64,000 nt of DNA from Thermodesulfobacteriota bacterium (GTDB taxonomy: Bacteria; Desulfobacterota; Desulfobulbia; Desulfobulbales; SURF-16), in the NCBI GenBank assembly GCA_040755455.1, contig JBFMAY010000006.1, positions 1 through 64,000 on the forward strand, in the 5' to 3' direction. A model generated the notes under the pieces. The model worked only from the letters and a program-made list of their open reading frames with translations. It did not search any database and was not told the origin of the DNA. Shown here piece by piece: positions 56,020 through 64,000 of the stretch. How positions within the stretch are numbered: position 1 is the first letter of the stretch; the number at the start of each line of letters is the position of its first letter. A program made the position numbers and the translations under genes.

Positions 56020-58221
56020 TTAGTAAATCATCTTCACGATCGCATTAAATGATTTCAGGTCCACGGTCTCGCGAACCGAATCACTCTCCGTCACCATGTA
56101 GGAAAGATCCAGGGAGATGCGCGGGGCAATGGCCCAGCGCAGGCTCGGGCGGATGGTTTTTATTTTTGACTGGTCTTCGGAACGCAGATCTTCGCTGTAG
56201 GCAAACTGCAGCTGCAGCGTGCCATAGGGAAAAGGTGACCAGTTCAGCGAATAATTCTGCAGGGTATCCTGTTTGCCGTCCTGTTCCACCCTGCCGATGG
56301 AGGCAAAGAGGTAGACCGTCTGGAACGGCCTGAAGGCAGCGCCCAGATCCATTCTATTGTCCTTCAGCATTCCTTCGGCTCTGTCTCCCCCAGACTGATC
56401 CGTGCTGGTTCCGGAATAGCTCAGGGTCATGGTGAGGGCGTGGTGGGGAACAACGGTGGCACCGAAATTTACGATGGTGCTGTCATCCTGCTCGCCGGTT
56501 TCCTGGGTTTTTCTGTGCAGCCCGCCTTGCAGGAAGGCGTCAATGCCCTTGTAGAGTTCCGCCCTGTTTTGCAGAAAAAGCGAATCGGTGTCGGTCTCCT
56601 CATCGCCGATGCTCTCCCGTCGGCCGCTGAATAAGAGGGTGTGGTCCAGCGTCGGCAGGGGATCGGCGCGCAGTGAGGCGCTGTAGCCGTAAGCCTCCCC
56701 ATCGTCGGTTATTTCCGTGATGTCCTCTCTGGAGAGTCTGAAGTTGCCGGAAAAGACGGGGGTGAGCTGGCGAAAACCTGAAAAGGCATTGACCAGGGTG
56801 TACCTTTCGTCGGCACCGGGATCGGTCTTGACCAGAAAATAGGAAATTTCATGGAACAGCTCTTCACTTTGCATGAGCCTGGTCCGCATGTCCATGTTGA
56901 CCAGATGGGTTGTGGTGGTGTTTTTCCCTTCCGCATCCTGCACGGGCTTGGTGACATAAGGCTGGATCTCGGTGATAAATATGTCGGGGAAGGAGGTTGC
57001 ATTCGGCAGGATGACGGTCAGCGGAGTGACAACAACCTTGATATAGCGGGTGGTCACGCTGGGGAAATCGATATCGAAATAGTTCTGGAAAGGGTCGAAG
57101 GGTACGGTGGTTACCGTGGTTTCCCGATGCCAGTTTTCGTTGTCCGCACTGGTATAAATATCCCAGGAGAAAAAGTCGGCAATATCGTTGGGCAACTCCC
57201 TGTCAACCCAGATACGCAGGTTGTTGACTTCCGTGTCACTGACAAAACCGAGTCCCACGTTGCGAGGTTGCCTGTCACTCGCGGCCGGGGGCAGGCCGAT
57301 GTTCACCCCGCCGCTCGTGGCCAGGTCGCCGTCGATCAGGGCGGGATTGACGGTGAGCGCGCCAAGGGTCGGGCTGTCATCCAGGTCGGAAAGGCCGGAA
57401 AAAGGGAAAAGCGGAGAGTTGACCTCACCGGTGCCGTAGGCAATGGTATCAATTTCCATGCGGGAAACATTGTAGGTGGTTGAGAAGGAACTGCGTTTGT
57501 TGAAAAAGGATTCCGAATAATTGACTCTCCCATTATGGATCGTGGTCTTGGTGTCAATACTGTTGACCCGGTCCGCGGTCTCCAGGAAGAAGGGCCGGTA
57601 CTGGAGATCAAGCTTATCGTTGGCGTAGCGGCAGATGAGGGAAGCAGTGGTCTGGGTTGTATCCTGCAGCTCCCGGTCCTGGTCATAAAAATCAGCCTTT
57701 TCCAGCCGCATGTCAAAACTGGGCAATCCTTCCGGCCGCCAGCCCAGGATGGCATTGTACAGCTCGTTGATGTTTGTTTGCCGGGACAGATCATCGACCT
57801 GGGCCTCGGCATCTCTTTTGCTGTAGCCAACCCCTGCGGTGTACACGGGGGTTTTCAGGGTCAGGTCGGCAAAGGGGCGGGTATTGGTCAGTGTCGTTAC
57901 GCGGTCCTCGTCGTTGATGGTGGAATCGGTTTCGTCTTTCTGGAAAATTCCCCCGGCATTGAAACGAAGATTGGGGTAAATGGTTTTGTCCAGGTTCAGA
58001 TGGTAGTTCTGTCCCCAGGTTTCGCTCTGCGTTTCCGATTTCAGGCCAGTGGCCTTGTCCATGCTTTCCAGGTCAAATGTGTTGTAATCAAACTCCAGCA
58101 GGGCCCTTATACTGTCAGCCAGGGCCGGTTGCGGTGCGGGGATGAAAAACCAGCAGCAAAGATACAGCAGGAGCCTCAGGGTGTAATAGTGTAGCGTGTC
58201 CGGTCTGCATCGTTTGCTCAC
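56020..58221 (-). CDS. Outer-membrane beta-barrel protein with inserted discoidin-like domain
   Basis: Signal peptide; alternating amphipathic strands; C-terminal aromatic (VKMIY); LIDGD..TRYIKVV insert. Confidence 0.72.
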   Translation of the reverse strand: MSKRCRPDTLHYYTLRLLLYLCCWFFIPAPQPALADSIRALLEFDYNTFDLESMDKATGLKSETQSETWGQNYHLNLDKTIYPNLRFNAGGIFQKDETDSTINDEDRVTTLTNTRPFADLTLKTPVYTAGVGYSKRDAEAQVDDLSRQTNINELYNAILGWRPEGLPSFDMRLEKADFYDQDRELQDTTQTTASLICRYANDKLDLQYRPFFLETADRVNSIDTKTTIHNGRVNYSESFFNKRSSFSTTYNVSRMEIDTIAYGTGEVNSPLFPFSGLSDLDDSPTLGALTVNPALIDGDLATSGGVNIGLPPAASDRQPRNVGLGFVSDTEVNNLRIWVDRELPNDIADFFSWDIYTSADNENWHRETTVTTVPFDPFQNYFDIDFPSVTTRYIKVVVTPLTVILPNATSFPDIFITEIQPYVTKPVQDAEGKNTTTTHLVNMDMRTRLMQSEELFHEISYFLVKTDPGADERYTLVNAFSGFRQLTPVFSGNFRLSREDITEITDDGEAYGYSASLRADPLPTLDHTLLFSGRRESIGDEETDTDSLFLQNRAELYKGIDAFLQGGLHRKTQETGEQDDSTIVNFGATVVPHHALTMTLSYSGTSTDQSGGDRAEGMLKDNRMDLGAAFRPFQTVYLFASIGRVEQDGKQDTLQNYSLNWSPFPYGTLQLQFAYSEDLRSEDQSKIKTIRPSLRWAIAPRISLDLSYMVTESDSVRETVDLKSFNAIVKMIY

Positions 58222-58227
58222 AAACCT

Positions 58228-59730
58228 CTACCTCTCGCCCATCAGGGTGAGACAACAGGGATCTTCCCCCACGTCGATTTCGGCCATCTTTTTTCTGCTT
58301 ATCAGACCGAATACCCCTATCCGCTTTGACTGTGGATGCACCAGCAACAGTGTGTTCTCCTCACTGTCGATGGTCATGTATGCTGTTTCGTCATCCGTCT
58401 GGATGGTAGATACGGGTAAAAGGGCAAAGGGGTCGTAAATCTGTATGGCGGTCTCGCGTTTTCGGACGACATAAAGCAGGTCGGTGCGGGGATCAACCAT
58501 GACGTCACGCATGCCGCTGCCGACAAATACCCGCTGCAGAACAATGAGGTTGCCGGCGTCGAGGACGGTGAGATAGGGCGAAACCGCGTTAATGATGTAC
58601 AACCGGTCCCCATTCCGGTTGAATGCCCCTTTCTCGGGGGTTTCACCCACGGAGAAGTTAGTGGCCAGGGCGCGGCGGGCAATGTCAATGACCGAGATGG
58701 TGCCGGACATGGAGTTAAAGACAAAGGCCCTTTTGCCGGCAGGGTCCATTAGAATGGAGCGGGGTTCATTGTCAACGGCAATTCTGTCGATTTCAAACAT
58801 GGTCAGCGGGTCAATTAGGCTGACAGTGCTGGAACCGGTGTTTACCACGAGCAGAAGATCCCCTGCCGGGGTAATGGCCAGTTCCCGGGGATTGTCCCCG
58901 CTGCTGAGGCGGATTTGGGTGATAACTTCTCCGCCGCTCACATCGATGACGGCAATGGCATCTTCTGCGGCGAGAGCAACGTAGGCCCGGTTACGGTTGC
59001 GGTCCAGCACGATTCCTTCGGGACCTTTACCCGTGGCGATCATGCCGACAACCTGCAGGGCCTTTTTGTCGATGATTGTGATGTTGTTTGAGGCGGAGTT
59101 GGTCACATAGCCGATAAGTCCGGTTACCGGCTTTTCAGGCACAAAAATGGCGAACCCGGGAACAAAACTGAACCCCCCCCGCACTGATTGCGCGTAGTTG
59201 AAGACGAGAAGAAGAATCGTGGCCTTCCGCTTGGCAATCTGAAACGGGAAATCAACCATATCCGGTGTGTCAGATACCAGCAGGGCGGAGTCTTCCTCTT
59301 CTCCTTGCAAAAAGGCTTCCTTGACCCCAAAAGCGAGCCCCCGGTAATTGCCAGGGGGCAGAATGCCGGAGCCGAGCTGCCGCTGGCTCCGCATGCCCGC
59401 GCCATTGAAGTTGCTGAAGGCAAGGTCGATGGGCACCATGGTGCCGTCATCCCTGACGGCGGCGAGGGATTGCAGGCTGAAGCGCAGCCGCTCGGTTCCC
59501 TGGGGAAAGGGCTGCGTATAAATGCTGAGTTCGCCTTCCGCCTCAAGGGCTTCCTTGAAGGAAAGATGGGTGGCTGGCTGGCACCCGGCCAGGCAGTGCA
59601 GAGCGATAAAAATGGCGATCAGGCAGGGTAACGGTAATGGGTGCATCGCAGACGAAATCGGGATGCCTGACATGACATGACCTTTTTTCATTTTTGCCAG
59701 CGGATGTTGGGAACAGTTGCTTTGAACCAA
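58228..59730 (-). CDS. YVTN/YncE beta-propeller lipoprotein
   Basis: LAGC lipobox; GYVTNSASNNITIID, VNTGSSTVSLID repeats; true start probably downstream (~59673). Confidence 0.8.
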   Translation of the reverse strand: MVQSNCSQHPLAKMKKGHVMSGIPISSAMHPLPLPCLIAIFIALHCLAGCQPATHLSFKEALEAEGELSIYTQPFPQGTERLRFSLQSLAAVRDDGTMVPIDLAFSNFNGAGMRSQRQLGSGILPPGNYRGLAFGVKEAFLQGEEEDSALLVSDTPDMVDFPFQIAKRKATILLLVFNYAQSVRGGFSFVPGFAIFVPEKPVTGLIGYVTNSASNNITIIDKKALQVVGMIATGKGPEGIVLDRNRNRAYVALAAEDAIAVIDVSGGEVITQIRLSSGDNPRELAITPAGDLLLVVNTGSSTVSLIDPLTMFEIDRIAVDNEPRSILMDPAGKRAFVFNSMSGTISVIDIARRALATNFSVGETPEKGAFNRNGDRLYIINAVSPYLTVLDAGNLIVLQRVFVGSGMRDVMVDPRTDLLYVVRKRETAIQIYDPFALLPVSTIQTDDETAYMTIDSEENTLLLVHPQSKRIGVFGLISRKKMAEIDVGEDPCCLTLMGER

Positions 59731-59800
59731 CTTATATCATTTGATTTTTTTTGTTGTCTAACAATTCTTATCATATGCATAACCTCTCAAACAGCTCAAG

Positions 59801-59837
59801 AAAAAAAATGGGCCGGCGTTGTACCGGCCCATTTTTT
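59801..59837 (-). terminator. Hairpin terminator downstream of the omcS homolog
   Basis: AAAAAAAATGGGCCGG-CGTTGTA-CCGGCCCATTTTTT, with A/T runs on both sides. Confidence 0.8.
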
Positions 59838-59924
59838 ATGCCGGGAAAATGCACCTCGACATGGTCAGCATACTGAAATTATGGTCAAAATACCTACGCA
59901 AAGAATCTTAGCCCGCTCTGCGGA

Positions 59925-61184
59925 TTAGTCTTGCGCGTGACACTTGTTGCAGAGCACCCTCTGGTAGGTGGCGAATGCGGTAGCCGGCCTGTCATAATAG
60001 GCGGCCTGCGTCTCAGCAGCAACACGGCCTCTGGCGAACTGGGGTACAGTCGGCGTGGAGTCGGTTCCAGGCCAGCTGCCGTTATAGGTAATGAACTCAC
60101 CTTCGTTGTTCCAGCGCAGCATGTATTCAAAACCTGAGGCATGGGCGCGATGGCAGGAGAGACACATGACCTGATCGCTGCCGCCCGGTCCGCCAAGCTG
60201 GCTGTCGTTGTTTTTGGCAGTTGCGGCGAGGGCGGTGTAGTCAGAGGTGTTCTGGGCAAACGGTGCCAGGGACTGGAAGGAAGTGGCGGCCGCGCCGGTC
60301 ATGTCACCGGATTTCACATACTGGCCATACAGGGTGGCAACGGTTGAGCCAAGTCCCTGATCCACCGGATGCACCATGTTGCCGCTGCTGTGCATGTTGG
60401 GATGACAGGTGGAGCACCAGTTGCTCCAGGTTGCATGACCGCCGGTGGTTGCCACACCATAAGATGTTCTGGTCTGGGTGCTGGCCTCGGTACGGTTGTA
60501 GCTGGATGGTACCTTGGCGGCCGGTACGCCATTGTAGGTCACGCCGTCCTTGGTGTAGCCTGCGCCGGCCAGCAGACGGTAGACGCCCACAGCCGAACCT
60601 GCGGCGGGAACCGCGCTGGTATCGTAGGAGCCGGAACCGACAATGGGGGCGCCTGTTTTGGAGATGGTGCCGTCGGCAAGCCTTCTGTACTTGCCATGGG
60701 GATCATGGCAGCTGTTGCAGGCCAACTGGTTGGCTGGGAAGGTGCCGCCGGGAGCAACGGAGTTCACCGTGTCGGCAGCATAGCCCTTGTCAACTGCAAT
60801 GATGTTATGACCATGGGTTTGTCCTTCTTCGATGTTTGCTGTGCCTCTGACGGTGAAATTGTATGTCTTTTTCAGCCAGCCGAAGTCGCCGCCCGGGGTT
60901 CTCTGCAGGGGAGCCACACCGGCGGGCATATCGGCATCAGCGGTACTGATATGGTAGCTTGACGGCCCTGTGTCGCCGGCATGCTCATGACAGCTCAGAC
61001 AGGTCGAGCTCTGGTCGGTGCCCACCAGCAGGAAGGTTCCACCGGCGGCGGGGGAATGCATGCTGTGACAGCCGCCACACTCGGCGACGCCGCCGCTATG
61101 GAAAGCAAAGGCGGAACCGGTGAATCCGAGGGTCAGAAGACCAGCGCATGCTGCGGTGATATAAAGTTTCTTTGTATTTCTCAT
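59925..61184 (-). CDS. omcS: Hexaheme OmcS-family cytochrome (nanowire subunit homolog)
   Basis: AFA|FHSGGVAECGGCHSMH, HAGDTGPSSYHIST, TPGGDFGW.KKTY, CHDPHGKYRR, CLSCHRAHASGF, YQR.LCNKCHA.D match recalled Geobacter OmcS; 6 CxxCH; GGAGG RBS. Confidence 0.9.
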   Translation of the reverse strand: MRNTKKLYITAACAGLLTLGFTGSAFAFHSGGVAECGGCHSMHSPAAGGTFLLVGTDQSSTCLSCHEHAGDTGPSSYHISTADADMPAGVAPLQRTPGGDFGWLKKTYNFTVRGTANIEEGQTHGHNIIAVDKGYAADTVNSVAPGGTFPANQLACNSCHDPHGKYRRLADGTISKTGAPIVGSGSYDTSAVPAAGSAVGVYRLLAGAGYTKDGVTYNGVPAAKVPSSYNRTEASTQTRTSYGVATTGGHATWSNWCSTCHPNMHSSGNMVHPVDQGLGSTVATLYGQYVKSGDMTGAAATSFQSLAPFAQNTSDYTALAATAKNNDSQLGGPGGSDQVMCLSCHRAHASGFEYMLRWNNEGEFITYNGSWPGTDSTPTVPQFARGRVAAETQAAYYDRPATAFATYQRVLCNKCHAQD

Positions 61185-61206
61185 TTCATCCTCCAAGATG
61201 GTTTTG

Positions 61207-61290
61207 TTTCTCCGGCGGCCCAGCCGTCCTTGCCAGGACCTGTTGACTTTGCGTCCCCACCTTGCGATGGGTTTGCCTTTTGCGGAGGAT
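61207..61290 (-). ncRNA. GEMM-I (c-di-GMP-I family) riboswitch
   Basis: Minus strand CUCCG-CAAAAG-GCAAA-CCCAUC-GCAA-GGUGGG-GACGCAAAG-...GGUCCU-GGCA-AGGAC...GCC-GCCGGAG: P1, P2 with GNRA loop, GACGCAAAG core, P3. Confidence 0.85.
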
Positions 61291-61447
61291 GCTTGCTGCC
61301 GGCAGACCGACAGATGCTGCTCTGCTTTTTGTCCTATTTTTTCCTTCAGTGACTTTTGATCTGTTTTGTCCTCCTTTTCCTTTCTGAGACCGCAGTCTCT
61401 TTGTCATGTGCTTTGCCGTCATCTTTTCTGCCGGCAATATGCGTTGC

Positions 61448-62392
61448 CTATTCGTGCAGCAGCTTGAAAACGCTGACTCCTCTTTTTCTGCCCTGGGAGA
61501 CGTAGAGCCGGTCTTCGTTGTCAATGGCCAGACTCTCAGGGGCAATGAGGTTATCCGGTTTTTCTCCCCTGTAGCCGAACTCCTTGACGAAGTTGAGGTC
61601 CTTATCAAAGACGATGATGGCGCATTTCAATTTGTCGGCCACCAGATAGTTCCCTTGGCTGTCAGCCACCATGCCGACCACGATGTTGAATTTTCCAGGA
61701 GCCCCGCCCGGCTTGCCGAAAGAGACGATCTCGCCAGCAAAGGACAGGATGTTGGCCTTGAACAGAACGGGGACGGTGAACAGCATGTTGCCGTTTTTGT
61801 CCAGATTGAAGCCGCTGAAGCCGGCATCCGTCCGGTCCTTTTCCTCGAGACCAAAAATGCGGATCAGATCAAAACCCTTGATAAAACGCCCGTCTGCGGC
61901 GACAATGACTATTTTCATCTCCGTTTCCGAGGCGAGATAGATATTGCCATCCCGGCAAGCGATGCGGTTGGCGTTCATGTGGGCAAATTCCTCGGGCAGG
62001 TCCTGGAGTTCTATCTCTTCCTGCGGTTCTCCCCGGTAGTTGCTCCTGATCACGGAAGATTGCTTGTCGTTGTATGCGAGCAGGAGGATATCGCCGTCCC
62101 CTTCAACCGCCACATCAAGAATATGACCTATATCAAGGCTATCGCCGAAACTATGGACCGCCATGCCGTTTTCATTAAAAACCGTTACCATATTCTGGTA
62201 GATCACATAGGCTTCATTCTGCCATTCATCCATGGAAAGGGTGGCCCAGCTGTAGGGAACCAGACCGGTGAAGCTGGAGAGGTTGTAAAGATAGCTCTCC
62301 GTCACTTGGGCCATGGTCTGTTTACCGGCGAGCAGCAGCAGGCAGATGGCCATCAGCATGCAGGTTATATGTTTTTTACGGTTTGTTTTCAT
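61448..62392 (-). CDS. Secreted NHL/beta-propeller protein upstream of omcS
   Basis: Signal peptide; SFGKPG..PGKFN, LVAD, EFGYRG..NLIAP..LAID; start uncertain. Confidence 0.78.
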   Translation of the reverse strand: MKTNRKKHITCMLMAICLLLLAGKQTMAQVTESYLYNLSSFTGLVPYSWATLSMDEWQNEAYVIYQNMVTVFNENGMAVHSFGDSLDIGHILDVAVEGDGDILLLAYNDKQSSVIRSNYRGEPQEEIELQDLPEEFAHMNANRIACRDGNIYLASETEMKIVIVAADGRFIKGFDLIRIFGLEEKDRTDAGFSGFNLDKNGNMLFTVPVLFKANILSFAGEIVSFGKPGGAPGKFNIVVGMVADSQGNYLVADKLKCAIIVFDKDLNFVKEFGYRGEKPDNLIAPESLAIDNEDRLYVSQGRKRGVSVFKLLHE

Positions 62393-62407
62393 GGCACATT
62401 GTGGTAT

Positions 62408-62423
62408 TGCAATGGGTGTGCCG
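62408..62423 (-). promoter_or_regulatory. Sigma-54 promoter for the nanowire operon
   Basis: Minus strand CGGCACACCCATTGCA = GG-N10-GC. Confidence 0.65.
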
Positions 62424-62765
62424 CGGATGAAGTGTTCAAGTAAGTCATGTAAAAACAAAATGTTATCGTGAAGAGGAGCACGCGAGTCGGTTGTCGGGGA
62501 AGTGTAAATGGGAATTTGACGAGATGAAGGTTGGGGATTTAACTAAAAATCGATGTTGACCTCAGGTAGTGAATCAAAGATGAGGGAAAAAGAGAAGAAA
62601 GAGCAGGGTGGGATAATCCCCAACAGGCAGCGGTGAAATGGCTGAATACCTGGAAATTGAGGCGCGGCAGCTGAAGTGATAATGAGAAATGCCCATTATG
62701 ATGGTCAAGGTAACTTCCTTGAATAAATGGATTTCCATATTACTCATGGACAAACGGTTTGTCCG

Positions 62766-62781
62766 TGGTACACAACTTGCC
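62766..62781 (+). promoter_or_regulatory. Sigma-54 promoter for the REC-PilZ gene
   Basis: TGGTACACAACTTGC = GG-N10-GC, ~50 bp before GTG 62829. Confidence 0.6.
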
Positions 62782-62828
62782 TTGGCAACGAACTGGAGAG
62801 GTTGAACATTTTGCCCACAGAGGTCATT

Positions 62829-63521
62829 GTGCACAAGAACATACTGGTAGTTGATGATAACGAGCTCATTCTGCTTGGGCTGGCAAAGGCGCTGCGTCAT
62901 GAATCCTATGAGGTGGCAACGGCTGATACGGGCACCATGGCTCTGGAAAAGCTCAGCTCCTGCCAGTATGACCTGTGTCTGCTGGATATCCATCTGCCGG
63001 ACTTTACCGGTCTGGAGCTGATGAAATTCATCAAGGACATGTGCCCATCCACCAAGGTCATTATCATGACCGCCAGCTGTTTCAACCCCTCCTATCTGAG
63101 CAAAAATATACAGGAAGCAATAATCAACGGCGCCTGCCACTTTGTCGCCAAGCCTTTCAGTCTCGGCGAGATAACCGATGTGGTGAAAAAGGCCCTGGAG
63201 GAAGGCGAAGATTTCCATTCGGGCTTCTGCCTTACCGGCAGCGGTTTTGTCAAAAGCAGACGGAAAATTATTAGAAAAGCAATTACTGCGGGCGTCACTT
63301 TTTCCATGACCCTGATTGAGGAGGGCGAGACGAAACGGATGGCTTACCAGGCAAAATCAGTTGATCTCAGCGAGGAAGGGATCGGCTTGATGACGGATTA
63401 TCCCCTGAAAAGTTCCCAGATTGTCCGGTTCGGTGAAGAGCTGGGCAACAGGTCCGGTGTGGTGGTGTGGAGCGCGATGGTCAATGAGCAGACATACCGG
63501 GCCGGGGTCAAATTTGCCTGA
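62829..63521 (+). CDS. Response regulator with C-terminal PilZ domain
   Basis: ILVVDD, LLDIHLP, KPF; RKIIR (RxxxR) and DLSEEG (DxSxxG). Confidence 0.8.
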   Translation: MHKNILVVDDNELILLGLAKALRHESYEVATADTGTMALEKLSSCQYDLCLLDIHLPDFTGLELMKFIKDMCPSTKVIIMTASCFNPSYLSKNIQEAIINGACHFVAKPFSLGEITDVVKKALEEGEDFHSGFCLTGSGFVKSRRKIIRKAITAGVTFSMTLIEEGETKRMAYQAKSVDLSEEGIGLMTDYPLKSSQIVRFGEELGNRSGVVVWSAMVNEQTYRAGVKFA

Positions 63522-63536
63522 ATCCAGCCCGGGCGC

Positions 63537-64000
63537 TCATTTAAGATCGTATTTTTTCACCTGGTAGCGCAGGGTGTCGTAGGAAATGTTAAGGAGTTTA
63601 GCAGCCTTGGTCTGGTTGCCTCCTGCCCGCTCCAGGGCCTGCCTGATCAGGTTCTTTTCCACCTCCTCCAGGGAGATGCCATCCTCGGGCAAGGTAAGCC
63701 AGTTTTCCGCCTGGGGCTCTTCAAGGGATTCTTCTGCCGCCAGCCCCATAGCCAGATGATGAGGTTTAATGATTTCCTCGTTTTCCAGGACAACAATACG
63801 CTCGATAATATTTCGTAATTCTCTGATATTGCCGGGCCAGCTGTAGGCATTGATGACCTTCAGCGCTTCAGGGGAAAAACTTTTGATATTCTTGTTGTAT
63901 TTATGGGAGAAGTGCGACAGGAAATATTCGGCCAAAAGCGGGATATCTTCTCTTCTTTCCCGCAGGGGGGGCAGATGCAGGGCAAAGGTGTTCAGGCGGA
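63537..64000 (-). CDS. Sigma-54-dependent enhancer-binding protein, 3' part (runs off window)
   Basis: RLN....LPPLRERREDIPLL, WPGNIRELRN, Fis-type HTH NQTKAAKLL. Confidence 0.88.
   Translation of the reverse strand, partial: RLNTFALHLPPLRERREDIPLLAEYFLSHFSHKYNKNIKSFSPEALKVINAYSWPGNIRELRNIIERIVVLENEEIIKPHHLAMGLAAEESLEEPQAENWLTLPEDGISLEEVEKNLIRQALERAGGNQTKAAKLLNISYDTLRYQVKKYDLK

Overview
Mostly GC-rich bacterial chromosome. The gene content points to Desulfobacterota, probably a Desulfobulbales-like lineage (inference only). Positions 1-27.8 kb and 32.1-37.3 kb are mainly housekeeping: RSH, rnr, trmJ-like, gatC/gatA, hisC, cmk, rdgB, peroxiredoxin, a decayed shikimate kinase, aroC, glgA, gap, a large PPDK-like protein, GspE, hemW, radC, gatB, an RdgC-like pair, tRNA-Lys and tRNA-Glu. 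Two regions stand out. (1) An AT-rich insert at ~27.8-32.1 kb holds a three-gene cassette: an NPPY-type methyltransferase, a 770-aa fusion (two PPDK-type ATP-grasp domains, a phospho-His domain and a HIT domain) and a translationally coupled 2-TM SLATT-like protein. It is a candidate uncharacterised nucleotide-signalling or defence system. (2) At 45-64 kb lies a complete OmcS cytochrome-nanowire-type locus: a hexaheme OmcS homolog, NHL and YVTN propellers, a beta-barrel, two lipoproteins, a PPIase, 26- and 16-heme cytochromes and a spermidine-synthase-like membrane protein. It carries sigma-54 promoters, an enhancer-binding protein, a REC-PilZ regulator and a GEMM-I riboswitch with the G20 (c-di-GMP-type) signature directly upstream of omcS. 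All calls come from motif reading and recalled family knowledge; no searches were run.
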